DNA of 64,000 bases from NCBI GenBank assembly GCA_965287045.1, contig OZ336891.1:23250001-23314000 (forward strand), given 5' to 3'. Under the pieces are notes generated by a model, which saw nothing but the letters and a program-made list of their open reading frames with translations, did not search any database and was not told where the DNA came from. Positions 24,010 to 37,750 of the stretch are shown one piece after another (within the stretch, counting starts at the first letter, position 1; the number at the start of each line of letters is the position of its first letter). The position numbers and the translations under genes were made by a program. Source of the DNA: Carcharhinus amblyrhynchos (Eukaryota).

Positions 24010-25020
24010 TTATTAGACTTCTTTGAGGAAATAAAAGGGAACCTGTAGATGTGATGAACTTAGATTTCCCGAAGGTTTTTGATAAGGGGGTCACATCAAA
24101 GGTTGTTACACAAAATAAGAGCTCATGGTGTAGATGGTAGTGTAAGAGCATTGTTGGAGGATTGTTTATCCAACAGGAAACAGCAAGTAGTCATAAATGG
24201 ATCATTGGCAGGTTGGTAAGATGTAACAAATGGAGTGCCAGAGAGATCAGTACAGAGGGCTCAACTATTTACAATCCATTGGTTAAGTGAGTGGGCAAAC
24301 ATTAGTTTGATGGAGTGTAATGGAGGAAAATATGAATTTCTTCACTTCAGCAAGAAAAAATTTAAAAAAAACAGCATATTATCTTAATGTAGAGAGATTG
24401 CAGAACTCTGAGGTATAGAGGGATCTGGGTGTTCTGGTACATGAACTTGGTATGAAGGTCATTAGGAAGGAAATGGAATGCTGTCATTTATTTCAAAAGT
24501 AATTAAAAACAAAAATCGACATGCTTTGTTACAGTTTTACAGGGCATTAGTGAGACCAACAACTTGAGTATTGTGTATAGTTTTGATCTCCTTATTTAAG
24601 AGAGGACATAATTGCATTAGAAGCAGTTCAGAGAAGGTTCACTCAACTGATTCCTGGGATGAGGGATCTGATGAGGAAAGTTTGAACAGGTTGAACTTGT
24701 ACCCATTGCAGATTCGAAGAAAGAAAGGTGATCTTTTTAAGAGGCATCCCCCACTCATGGCACAAATAAGGATAATTTTTTTCACTGAGTAGTGAGCCTG
24801 TGGAACTCTTTTCCATAGAGAAAGGAGGAGGCAGAATCACTTAATATTTTTAAGGCAGAAGTAGACAGATTCTTGAGCAATAAGGGAGTCTTTGTGTGTA
24901 GGGATTGGCAGGAAAGTGGTATTGAGACCATAATCAGGCTACCCATGATCTTATTGACTAGCAGAGCAGGTTCAAGGGGCAGAATGGCCTAATTATGTTC
25001 TTAATTAATTTGTTCATGTA
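24010..25020 (+). mobile_element. Degraded CR1 ORF2 RT region and 3' UTR
   Basis: LLDFFEE..., ttagatttcccgaaggtttttgataag (LDFxKxFDK), ggagtgcca, CR1 tail; many stops and frameshifts. Confidence 0.88.
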
Positions 25021-27551
25021 TTCAAATGCTCCTCTGGCTCCATTAAAATATTTCCAATTGGGCATCCAGGGTGGGACATCTAGTGGGAGCGGGGGTTAAG
25101 CCATGTATCAGAAGTTTGTTCCGCTCATTAATTTAAAGACCCCTTTACCACTCATTGTCACCTTAATTGTTATGTCCACTGATAAAAACTGAACAAATAA
25201 AAGTCTACAAGCAGTCAAATACTGCTACCTTCAGCAGAAGACTCTACTGCTTACATGCAATGATGGTCCCATTTGCAGATGTTTTCATCTGTCCTTGAGC
25301 ACTCTCCTCATACCTAGAGTAACTCATTCCCAGTGTATTTCCTGTATGGCTTGGAGTAGACAAAGAAAAGTTGCACTAGATTGGCTTTTTCACATGTTCA
25401 ATAGCTTGCTAGTTATTTTTTACAAAACGGCGATCTGATTTCAGCACCCAGCTGCTTTCAGTATTATTGGAGGCTGGCAGGATGCCATTCCAACATCACA
25501 CCATATTTTACATAAGTGTGGACTGGGAAGTGGGGTGATACTACCTACCCCATTTGTGGCCATAAAATCTAGCCCCAGTTACTTCATACTAGTAGTTCAC
25601 ATATAATAGCTCTATATAAATAATCATTTCATTCCATGCAATTATATGCTTAAGTGCATTAAATGTCACTACAAGCGTAAGCACAATATCTTTCTCACCT
25701 CTGGCACATCAGCATTTTTAACCCAAAACCAAGCTCAAAAAACAAACCTGCCATTTGCTTGACACTAATTCAAGCTAAATTGGAAGTTTCATTCAGAAAG
25801 GCCACACTGATGTCAATTATATGAATCCGAGTTGTCTTAATGACGCAGATTGAAGCTAAACCACGTTAGAGCAATATTACAAGAAAAGAAAAATCAGACG
25901 GCTAGTTATTCTATAGATAACTACCTGATGTGATTAACACTTCATGGAAAGCATGACACGGTTGTTCCATTACCTGACCTAATCCTCCTCCTTTTGTACA
26001 GCATAAAATTCACCTCGCCTCTTATCTCTTTTTTCCTGCAAAGTCTTGATTAACTTTGTGCAAATAGTGTAAGCAAAATCAAAACATTTACCTCACCCTA
26101 GATTCAAATAAAATTAGTCAACATGTTTTTTTAAAAAATCTATGTTTAACAATAATACCGCATAATAGGGGAATGAGGGAGGGGTGGGTTTTAACTTCCA
26201 CCACACCTTTCACAATCTCACGTTGAAATCAACATTCATACAATTTAACAGACTAACTGACTTCCTAAACAGTCACAATTTCAGTTCACAATCAAATCAA
26301 ATGACAGCTGTTGTGGATTATTAAACAAACTGACTGTGAATGAAAAGATTTGGTGTAAAGAATGAAAAAGACAAGGTGAAAGGGCAGTGTGTATCAGAGA
26401 AGCCATTTCCTTTACACTCTAGTGGTCATCGCGCTGTATATTTCTTGAATTTGTCATCCATATGAATAATGAGCGGAATTGATTCACTCCAAGGTTGCAA
26501 GATGGAGCAAAGCACTTACAGCAAACAAAAAATGCAAGAATTTACAAGATCTGTTGAAATGCATCCGAGAAATTGTTCGTCAGCACTACTGAAGAGTGTG
26601 CAGCTCCTTCTATGTTGTTGTGTGCAGGTCTGTTCTTAATAACATTAATTGCAAAACTTTCGAGGGCACCCTCTGCTGAAATGGGTATCATGTTGTTTTC
26701 TGTTGCCTTTCAATGGCTATTAATAGAGCACTGCAAAGAAAGCAATCTCACATAAACTGTCATTTGGACTTTTAGAGCTGAACTCAGGTTCAAGGGGAAT
26801 AATACCCATCTAAGTCCTTGTCTGGGAGTGTAATATAAACCCAACTCTTAAAATATCAAGGCTGCCAACTAATAGTCAGACATCTAGCAGCAGTATCAGA
26901 TTCCTATCATGCAATTGATTTTGTCCACCTCTTTTTACAGGGCTTCATTAAAATGAATATGAAGATCTATTCTTGTACAGCATGTCGCTGTTTGAAACTT
27001 GTCCATTTTATCAGTGGCTTGAGTGTTAAATAAACATTCTGCTACACCTTGGCCTATAAGAGTCTCTTCGCTGATATAAATGCATGTTGAAACAGAAGCA
27101 TGATGCTTATCTAGACAACTAAAATTTAACCAGTTTATTGCGTGTTAGTTGTTGAGGGGATATTTTGGGAATAAATAAACTGAGGTGGATACTTCCACAG
27201 GAAAAATGTTCAAGCTTTCATTTTCTGACATGGTAAGTCTATTAATCTTATGAGGCTGAAAGCTTAGTAGGGAAGAAAATCAATAATTTGAAGTAAAGAC
27301 AGATTGATGAATAACGGTTTCACTTTTGTCTTCTGCATCAACATACAAACTAATTCATTCTCAAAGTCCTTTTTTGACAATCTCAGAAAAATGGATGCAT
27401 TTCACACCAGCAATTCCTTCAGGGTGTGATTCAAAATCACCAAAGCATTTGATTTCATTGGTTTAATTTTGAACACTTCACCATGTTAGAATATTTGAGT
27501 TTTCTTTAATGAATTTGCACAGAAAGATTCCCAATAATTGTAATGCAATTT

Positions 27552-27870
27552 GGCACGGCAGCACAGTGGCTAGAACTGCTGCCTCACAGCACCAAGGACC
27601 CAGATTCGATTCCAGCCAACAGTCACTGTCTGTGTGGAGTTTGCACGTTCTCCTCATGTCTGCGTGGGTTTCCTCTGGGTGCTTCGGTTTCCTCCCACAG
27701 TCCAAAGAATGTAAGTTTGGTGAATTGGCTGTGGTAAATTGTCCCTTTAGTGTCAAGGGGACTAGCAGGATAAATATTTGGGGTTACAGGGATAGAACCT
27801 GGGTGGGATTATTGTCAGTGCAAGCTCAACAGACTGAACAGCCTCCTGCACTGTAGGAATTCTATTCTAT
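27552..27870 (+). mobile_element. HE1-like SINE, tail A
   Basis: Full head, core and tail ending gcactgtaggaattctattctat. Confidence 0.92.
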
Positions 27871-28049
27871 AGCAGCATAATGCCGGTTAAAAAAAGCTCA
27901 AATGACCTGGTGACCTGATTTCTGTCTTTCAAAAATTAGATCAACAAACACGGTGAAAAGAAACTCACTATTTCTGCCTGTGGAGGACTTGCTCAGCAAT
28001 CTGCAGATGTGCAGTCAATGTGGTCAGATCTAGAATCAGGCATAAGTAA

Positions 28050-28498
28050 AAGAAAAATTTACATTTATATCATGCCTTCTATGTCCACAGGACATCCCAA
28101 AGCACCTCACAGCCAATGAAGTACAATTGAAGAGTACATGCCATTGTAATGAAGAAAATGCAGCAGCCAATTTGTACACAGCAAACTCACACAAATGGAA
28201 ATGTATGAATGCTCAGATGATCTGATTTTGTATTGTTGATTGAGTGATAAATTTTGGCCAGGACACCAGGAATAATCTGTTTTTTTTCTACAAAACAGTG
28301 CTTTGGGACATTGTGCGTCCTGAGAGGACAAATGGGGACCTCAGTTTCATGTCTCATCCAACAAGCAGCACCTCTGACAATGTAGCGTTACTGCACTGTA
28401 AAATCAGCTTTGATTGTGTGCTTAAATCCTGGATTATGTTTTGAACCCACAACCTTCTTACTCAGATGTGAATGTAACACTGACTAATCCAGCTGATG
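28050..28498 (-). mobile_element. SacSINE1/DeuSINE-like SINE, near full length
   Basis: tRNA-like head on minus strand (cagctggattagtcag...gggttcaaa), body ...caaattggctgctgc..., A-rich end. Resembles the shark DeuSINE consensus as recalled. Confidence 0.8.
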
Positions 28499-29315
28499 TT
28501 ATTTAGCAAAGAGTTTAACAAAGAGTAATCTTACAAAGCAGTGCCAAGGCAAGGAACAAGTTGAATCATACAGAAGATTTTTGTGTCGGAGAGCTGACCA
28601 GTGGGAGATAATTGAAAGTAGAACAAAGGAGAAGAGTAGAATCCAGGAATACAGGGGTCAACAGGTCAGGAACACAGGACAACAGATTCAATTACATAGG
28701 AAAGGTGGGAGAGAAATGCAAAAGGACCCTCAGACTCAATTGGAAAGTTGCAATTGAAGTATATCACATGATCACATGAAAGTCAGCCATCTGTCCTATC
28801 TAGAGTGCCGTTGAAGAGCACCTTAAGTTATGATCTCAACTTCTATCCTGCACAGATCTAGGAGCTTTTCAGGAGTCAACTACTTTGCTTTTTTTTTGAG
28901 AAAAATTGTATTTTCTGCAGAAGGAAAATACCAAAATCTGAGACAGTAACCGTTTCATTAAATGGTGCAATTGTAGTTATTTGTTTCAATGTCACGTTTG
29001 GTGCTGATGTGTTGACAATTTCTGTGTTGTTTCTGCATATGTCCTACCTTTAGGTCCTCACCCGACAGAAGGATGGTTGCATTTTGTACTCTGATTTCTA
29101 TCAGCACAGAGTATTTGGCATTTGTGAAGCCTTAGAGTTTTGTGTGATCGCCTATAAGCTTGAAGCTAATATATAACTGCACCTTGAAAGGTGAATTTCA
29201 ATACCTCCATAACAGCTATGGACATATCTATCAGGGTAATCTATCAGTACATCTGGCTTCATTGGAAAGCTCCATTGTACATACCACTGATGTCCTAATG
29301 ACAATCAGACACTTG

Positions 29316-29628
29316 TAAAGTTAGTAAAGTTTGTTTATTAGTTACAAGTAGGCTTACTTTCATACTGCGATGAAGGTGATATTAAACTCCTCCAGTTGCC
29401 ACACTCTGGCATCTGTTTGGGTACATTGAGGGAGAATTTTTAGCACAGCCAACTCACCTAACCTGCACACCTTTGCACTGTGGGAGGAAACCGGAGCACT
29501 CGGAGGAAACCCAGGCAGACACAGGGAGAACATGCAAACTCCACAGAGACAGTGACCCAAGCTGGGGATCAAATTCGGGTCCCTGGCGTTGTGAGGCAGC
29601 AATGCTAACCACTGTGCCATCATACTGC
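29316..29628 (-). mobile_element. HE1-like SINE, tail B
   Basis: Reverse-strand head, core and tail B. Confidence 0.9.
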
Positions 29629-30337
29629 TAGTCTAACATAACCCAATTCCTGTCCAATGAATGACTCAACATAGCCCTTGTGATTGAGTAGCCTTCATTG
29701 CAAAGCGGACAAACAGTCTGGTAATTGCTCTTTGCAATATTATCTTTTCAATGCTTAATCAGATGACAAATTTATCATCATTAACAAACTAGGAGCATCA
29801 CATCACAACTGAAGTAGCAGAATTAGGAATTTGACATGAATGCATTCAGCATTCATTTTAGAACTACACAGGACACGTTAAAGGTGTTCGCAGAATTCAG
29901 TCAATAACAAGCTGATTTTTATTTGGTTATTTCAAAAATATCTTTCAACTTTGAAATTATGCACACATTTCAGAAATCCTACTTCGCATTGTGCAGCTGC
30001 AGAAACTGGAACTAATATTGCATACATTCAACTAATTCAAATGTTTGGATGTTGTAAAATAACTGCTATGTGTTGGAATTCAATAGCAAAATTAACATTA
30101 AACTTCAACAAAATGTCACTGAAAAGAAAACTGTTGCTCTGATAAGCTGATGGCACATTAGTTGCGTCAAGGTGATATGTCAGAAGTTCTACGCTTGCCC
30201 TTCAACACAATTGGACAGTTTGCACAAGAGGAGTTAAGCACAAAGGGAATTCTAGTCAACAAGAAGGGGTAACTGAGGGAAGCTGCTCACAGGCATCCTT
30301 CAGACGGTTATTGCTGAGCTAGAATTTGGTGTTCTGT

Positions 30338-30618
30338 GCACCAGTGGTTCGCGGCCTCACAGCACCAGGGACCCGGGTTCGATTCCTGGCTTGGGTCACT
30401 GTGCGAGTCTGCACGTTCTCCCCATGTCTGTGTGAGCTTCCTCCAGGTGCTCCAGTTTCCTCCCACTGTCCAAAAGATGCGCTGATTAGTTGTATTGACC
30501 ATGCTAAAATTCTCTCTGTGTATCCAAACAGGTACTGGAGAGTGGCGACATGGGGATTTTCACAATAACTTCATTGCAGCGTTAATGTAAGCCTGCTTGT
30601 GACACTAATAAATAAACA
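30338..30618 (+). mobile_element. HE1-like SINE, tail B
   Basis: gggttcgattcc B box; tail ttttcacaataacttcattgcagcgttaatgtaagcctgcttgtgacactaataaataaac. Confidence 0.9.
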
Positions 30619-32280
30619 TGTTTTTAAAAAAAACTGTAAACTTTAAAACAGTTTGGCTGGAATTTGCTGTGAAGCTGGGTGTGTGGCGGGGAGGGGAACA
30701 CAATAATTGGGGGATAACTCAAAGATAAAATGTCTTTAATAGATAATGCATTGAAACTTATGGTGATTGGAAAATAACAGTCATTGACATGGAAAACATT
30801 TTGTTAAATCGACTCTTAATGACTATTTTCGTTCACCAGTAACATCCCATTTGCAAGTGGGTAGAAATGCTGTCTCCAGGATGTTTCTTGCAGCTGCAGT
30901 GCAGCCCAGACAGGAAGTTTTGCCCGCGTATTGTTAATGCTTTGTCATCATTTTGTTTTCGTTGGCTGTCAGCACACTTCCAGATCAAGAGGATGGCAAC
31001 GCATAAAAATGGAAAAACAGAGCAATTCATTAATCATTAAAAAAAAACAACTGGCTGTTTTTGTTATCGACTTCTGCTGAGCTCCCAGACAGAGAGTGTA
31101 ATAAACACTGTGATAATAGCTCTGCGGGGAAGCGGATTCATCTTTTCCTGTTTTCGTAGCCAGGCACTGAATCACTAGCAGATAATCTTCCTCACTATCT
31201 CTAATAGATAGATTAATTGATTAGAGCCATAGGTTTAATTTTAATATCACGATTGATAAAACACTTTTAAAAAAAAGCATGGCAAACACATTTCAACTTT
31301 GAAGGTTTTTTAAGTCGATAAAAGACAATTATATTTTAGCTGGTACTGGATAAACGTAAAACAGATCAACTCTCCATCAAGAATCACAACTGGATCAGAC
31401 AGATGAGACAAAAAATGGATTGCTTTTATTGTATTGGTGCAGTAAACTTGTACCTCATTAATTTAAATACCTGTTAGTTATTTCTTCACAAAGTTGAATA
31501 TGTCTGCTACAGATTAAATAAAGTCTTTTTTAATTCTCAAGATCCTACCACTTTGTGAGTCAGTGATTCTTAAATTTTTTTTTTAATTGGACAACCCCTT
31601 TTAAAATGGATAGATCACCATGGACTGCCATCCAAAAGATACTCATCATATGGGCCTGAAGAATGTTCAATAATGCCTTTAAAAAAATAAATATTTCCTT
31701 ACAAGATCAGTGAGATGGTTATGTGTGCTTCTTACTGCCGAGTCTGTCTCTCAGATTGTGTTGACAATGATCCTTGTAAATCATCATTCACTTCCAAAGG
31801 TGATCTATTCTTTGCCCTCCCAGCCTTCGGGAAAACGGTAGTCTAGGTGAGCGAATATTTTGTCACCCTTTCTTTCAGTTTAAGTATGTTGTGTAAAAGT
31901 ACTTAAAATTTACTCTGGAATAAAGCTGAATTCACCTGGAAGCTGCCTCCAACCCCAATAATTGTAGATCTGCTGGATTTTCTTGGTGCTATTCTCCGCA
32001 CACCACCAAGCACACTCCCGTCCAAGGTGAGACAGCCAGTCCATTCTGCCATGCACGTGGGGCAGTCATACTCTGCTCACACCTCACCCCAAATCTGTCT
32101 CCAGCTGCTGCTCATTGACCACGTCATCCTGGGCAGCACCCCCCCCATATTGTCTACACGTAAAGCCGGTTGTGCTTGGCAAGAATTTCCATGTTATTTT
32201 GTGGACCCCGGAAAATGACTGCAGACCCCAGAGGTTCGGGTTTGGGAACCACAGCTGTAAGCCACCACCCTGCTCACATT

Positions 32281-32612
32281 TCATAGAAACCCTACAGTGC
32301 AGAAGAAGAAAGCTATTCAGCCCATTGAATCTGCACTGACAACAATCCCATCCCCGGCCCTGTCCCCACAATCCCATAGATTTACCCCGCTAATTCCTCT
32401 AACCTACACTAAGGGGCAATTTTAGCATGGCCAATCAACCTAATTTGCACATCTTTGCAATGTGGGGGGAAACAGGAGCACCCGAAGGAAACCCATGCAG
32501 ATCATGGAAGGACATGCAAACTCCACACAGCCAGTCACTCGAGGCTAGAATTGAACCTGGGTCCCTGACACTGTGAAGCAACAGTGTTAATCACTGCGCC
32601 ACCATGCTGTCC
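32281..32612 (-). mobile_element. HE1-like SINE, tail A
   Basis: tcatagaaaccctacagtgcag...cactgcgccaccatgctgtcc. Confidence 0.92.
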
Positions 32613-33204
32613 ATTTGCCCTGGACAGCAATGTGGTCCTGTTCATCGAGCAACCGCTGAATTCCAAAACTGACTGACAGCTTTGGACGGGAGTCTAGGGC
32701 CACAATAAAGAGGTGAACCTCTCACTGATGCAGTGGAGTCAGTATCTGACTGAGTCTGCGGCTGACACTAGCTACATGTCTCTCTGGCAATACTGTTCTT
32801 TCTCATCAGGCTAAAATGAGTAAATTCCAAAACTAGAAAGGAGAATTCTTTTAAAATTGCAGTAAATGTTTTGTGGAGCATTTTCTGTTAAAGTATTGCT
32901 TTAATTCCAAAATTTCTAGTGCATACTGAGAAGTCTTAGTGTACAAGTCAACTGAATTATTAGCTTGATCCTGCTTGTACTATACATTCTCCTGATACAG
33001 TATTGACAGCAGAAGCATCTGTTTAATGCTGCAGTTATACTGCGGGAATCACTTGACACCAGTTAACCAGTGATGCCTTTTAGAGAGATGCTACTTGACT
33101 CAAAAGTCCTTTACAGCCCCCAGCACCAGACTATATGGATGGAACGTATCATGTCTGTAAACAAGTCTGCCAAGACTTTTGACTCTTTTACAACGATGAA
33201 GAGA

Positions 33205-33775
33205 GCTAAAAATTAGTTTGCCCCGTCATTCAGGCACAGGGGTCACAATACATGACCCGTCTGCTCCGATTCCGGTAGAAGTGAGCCGCACTGCAGATTG
33301 TAATGTAGGACTGAGCACCACACACTGCCTCTGTGCTCAGCAAGAAGCTCAGCAGCCTTCGTTGATAGTACATGGTGCAGCCAGCCCCCTTCTCCAAGAC
33401 AATCTGCTTCTTTCAAAGGGAAGTACTGAATAACAGGAAGCTGCTGCTGAATAACATTGCTGCAGTTCTAAGTAAGGAACATGGAACGCCAGGGCTTCAA
33501 GGTCAACACTGCAGTGCTGGAGGCCTTGTTAATGGAGCTGGACAGGAAGAGTGACACCTAGAGGCTCTCAAGGACAGCCCTCAGAAAGGGTTGACAACAG
33601 GTGGCCAGGAAGTTCAACTCCCAGTGTCAAGACCCAAGGCAGCAATGCCACAAGAGGTCTAACGATCTCACGTGGGTGTCAAGGTCACATGACATCGCTT
33701 ACCCACCACAACAACATCTCACATTGCTCAGTGTACCCAATACAGGAAGTAAAGTCCTGTACGGCCCTGAATATG
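33205..33775 (+). mobile_element. Harbinger remnant with Myb/SANT-like exon
   Basis: 33495-33685 reads AVLEALLMELDRK...RTALRK..QQVARKFN...QCHKRSNDLT with stops. Confidence 0.6.
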
Positions 33776-34118
33776 AGGGAGGCGATAGTTTAGTGGCATT
33801 ATCACAAGGCAATTAATCCAAAAACTCAGCTAATGCTCTGGGGACACAGGTTCAGATCCCACCATGGCAGAGGTGGAATTTGAGTTCAATTTTTTAAAAA
33901 ATCTGGAACTAAGAATCTACTGTTGATGAAACAATTGTCAGAAAAACCCATCTGGCTCACTAATGTCCTTTAGAGAAGGAAATCTGCCCTCCTTATCTGG
34001 TCTGGCCTACATGTAATTCCAGAGCCACGGCAATGTGGTTGATTCTCAACTGCCCTCAGGCAACTAGGGATGGGCAATAAATGCTGGCCAGCCAGCGACA
34101 CCCATGTCCCATGAGTGA
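33776..34118 (+). mobile_element. tRNA-derived SINE family 2
   Basis: gggaggcgatagtttagtggcattatc...ggttcagatccc...ggcaactagggatgggcaataaatgctggccagccagcgac. Confidence 0.9.
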
Positions 34119-37100
34119 ACCTCCTCCGGCAGCACCACCTTCTGTGTGAAAAACTTATCCCTTACATCTCTTTTAAACTTTTCCCCTCTCACTCTCAATC
34201 CATGTCCCTGAGTAATTGACCCTTCGACCCTGGAAATAAGACTCAAACTCTCCACTCTATCCAAGCCTGTCATAATCTTGTGAGCCTCTATTAAGTCCCT
34301 CCCTCATCCTCCGACACTCCAGTGAACACAATCCAAGTTTATTCAACTTTTCGTCATAGTCCATGTCCTCCAAACCAGGCAACATCCAGGCAATCTCTTC
34401 TGCATCCCCTCCAATGCATCAATATCTTTCTGGTAGTGTGGTGATTAGAATTGTACACAATGCTCCAAATACGGCCTAATCGAAGTCTTATACAGCTGCA
34501 ACATGGTTTTCCAATTTTTATATTCAATTTCCCAACCTATGAAGGCCAACATGCCATATGCCTTCTTGACCACCTGAGGTGCCATCTTCAGAGAACTGTG
34601 GATCTGCACACCTATATCCCCCTGTAAGCTAATGTTTCTAAGGACTCTACCATTAACTCAATACTTTCCTTCCGCAGTAGACCTTCCAAATCACATCACC
34701 TCACATTTGTCCAAGTTAAATTCCATCTAGCATCTTTCAGCCCGGGTCTCCAGCCAGTTTATGCCCTGCTATATCATCTGACAATCCTCCTCACTATCCG
34801 CTACTTCCCCAATTTTTGTATCATCTGCAAATTTACTAATCAGACTACCTACATTTTCCTCCAAATCATTTATATATGTTACAAACAACAGAGGCCCCAG
34901 CACTGATTCTTGTGGAACACTGCTTGTCACAGACCTCCAGTTAAAAAAGTACCCTTCCACTGCTACTCTCTGCTTTCTATGCCCAAGCCAGTTTTGCATC
35001 CACCTTACCAGCTCACCTCAGATCCCATATGACTTCACCTTCTGGATCAGCCTGCTGTGAGCAACCTTACCGAAGGCTTTAGCAAAGTCCATGTATGCAA
35101 CATCCACCGCCCTGGTCAATTTTTCTTGTCATTTCCTCAAAGAACTCAATCAAGTTTGTGAGACACAACCTCCCCTTCACAAAACCATGCTGCCTATTGT
35201 TAATAAGCTTGCTCTCTACCAGTTGTGAGTGCACCCTGTCCCAAAGAATCTTCTCCAATAATTTCCTCACCACTGATGTAAGGCTCACTGGCCTGTATGT
35301 TGCAGGATTGTCTCTCGTGCCATTCTTAAACAGAGGAACAATGTTAGCTGCTCTCCAATCCTCTGGTAACCCACCCATGACTAAAGGGAATACAAAGATT
35401 TTGGCCAAGGCCTCAGCAATTTCTTCCCTTACCTCTCTCAGTATTCTGGGATAGACCTTATCTGGTCCTGAGGACTTGCCCACCTTAATGTTTTTCAAGA
35501 GCTTCAATTCATCCTTCCTTATTACCTCAGTATGTCCTAGAATGTCAACATCCTCCTTTCTAAACTCACCACCCACCACATCCTTCTCCATTGTGAATAC
35601 TGATGCAAAGTACGCATTAAGCATCTCACCCACCTCACCTGGCTCTACACACAATTCCCTCCACTGTCTGAGAGTGGACCTACTCTTTCCTTAGCTACCC
35701 TCCTTATCCTTATTTATGCTTAAAAAAGCCCTGGGATTTTTCTTAATCCTGCCTGCTAAGAACATCACATGCCCCTTTTTGCCCTCCTAAGTCCCTGTTT
35801 AAGCTCTTTCATTCTCCCTTGGTATTCCTCAAGATCCTTATCCGTTTTCAATTTTCTGAAAGTCGTGTGCCTTCTTCTTCTTTTTCACTAAGCTTACAAT
35901 CTCTCTTGTCATCCAGGGTTCCTGAATCTTGCCATCTTTATTCTTCATTTTTACAGGAACATACTTGTCCTGAATTGTTAACAACTGACTTTAAAAGACT
36001 GATGTGGATTTACCATCAAACAGCCACCCCCAGTTTACATTCCCTAACTCCTGCCTGATATTGTCATAGTTAACTTTCCCCCAGTTTAGTACTTTCACTC
36101 TGGGATTACTTCTATCCTTTTCTACAAATATCTTGAAACTTATAGAATTATGATCACTGTTCCCAAAATGGACTCCCACTAAGACATCAATCACCTGTCT
36201 GGGCTCGTTTCCCAGAACTAGGTCAAAGATAGCCCCTTCCCTAATTAGACTATCTACACATTGCCTCAAGAAGCACTGTTAGACACACTGACAAAACTCT
36301 GCCTTGTCCATGCTCCTGGCACTAAAGGAATCCCTGTCTATGTTGGGGAAGTTAAAATTGCCCACCACAACAACCTCATTGTTTTAAAATCTTCCCATAA
36401 TCTGCTGATATATCAGTTCTTCCACTTCACGCTGACTGTTGAGAGGTACAACCCAACAGTGTGACTGCACCTCTCCTATTCCTGAGTTCCATCCATATGG
36501 CCTTACTGCAGGATCCCACCAATGTTCCCACCCTCTGTTTAACTATGAAACTCTCCCTAATCTGTAAAGCAACACACCGGCCTGTTTTGTCACCCTCTCT
36601 ATCTTGCTTGAAGCATCTGAATCTTGGAATGCTAAGCTGCCAGTACAGCCCTTGTTTTATCCAAGTCTCCATATTTGCCACAACATCATAGTTCCATGTA
36701 GTAATCCAAGTTTTAAGTTTATCTGCTTTCCCTGTTTTATTACCTTGCATTAAAGCAAACACACCTCAGACCATCTGTCCTGTCATGTTTTGTACACTCT
36801 TCCTTATTTTATTTCTCTTAGCCTTATTGGACCCATTCAGTGAGTTCTCCATAGTCTCTGTCCTATGGCCCTTTTTGATTTTTGTCTTTGGTTCCACTGC
36901 CTTCCACTTTTCCCTTTACTGCCTTTTGTTTCTGTCTCCACTTTATTTCTCTCTGACTTCCTGCATTGGTTCCCATCCCCCTGTCATATTAGGTTAAAAC
37001 CTCCCCAGTGACACTAGCAATCACTCCTCCGAGGACATTGGTTCTAGTCCTGCCCAGGTGTGGGCCATCTGATTTGTGATGGTCTCACCTCCCCCAGAAC

Positions 37101-37250
37101 TGGTTCCAATGTCCCAGGAATTTGAATCCCTCCCTCTTGCACCATCCCCCAAGCTGTGTATTCATCTTAGTTATCCCAACATTCCTACTCTGACTAGCAC
37201 ATGGCACTGGGAACAATCCTGAGATTACTACCCTCGAGGGTAAACTTCTT
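34119..37250 (-). mobile_element. Long degraded CR1 LINE: ORF1 esterase remnant, endonuclease and RT
   Basis: ORF1-like RVVISGLFPVPCAS...WCKREGFKFLGHW; EN YDVVANMETW and SDHNSISF; RT YRPVSLTSV, QHGF, VPQESVLGPLLF, KFADDTKIG. Confidence 0.93.
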
Positions 37251-37299
37251 AGTTTCAATCCAGAAAACAAAGGTTCTCTGTCAGTCCATTTCTACCATA

Positions 37300-37750
37300 G
37301 AACCCTATCCCCTAGCCATTCAGATCATCTGTGAGCCTCTGGACAATGTAAATGATAGCCAACATTTCAGGAGCCTCTTCTCAGTATGAGCAGACATCGA
37401 TGATGAAATGCAACATCAACTCCAATGTCTTCCAGCGCGTGAGGAAAAAAGGACAGAATTTTCCCATCCCGCAGATGGGATATGGACCTTGCAAAGGGAT
37501 TTTCCAGACCTAGGGCAAGCATGACTGGAAAATCCCACCCTCAGTGTTCAAAGACTGAGACCTCAAATCCAAAACTTGTAGTCGACAGAGCAGCTGTGGT
37601 CCCCGCCTTCCTGGATTCATCAGAAACATGGACAATGTACAGCAGACATCCCAAATCCTCAGAGAGATATAACCAACATTACTTCCACAAAATCCTGCAA
37701 ATCCACTGATTGGATAAGCATAGCAACATGAGTGTCCTCTCCCAGACTCC
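37300..37750 (+). mobile_element. RTE-clade LINE fragment containing a small MITE (~37451-37541)
   Basis: ADIDDE...KLVVDRAAVVPAFLDSSETWTMYSRH...KILQIH, typical of the RTE ORF C-terminal region. Confidence 0.8.
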
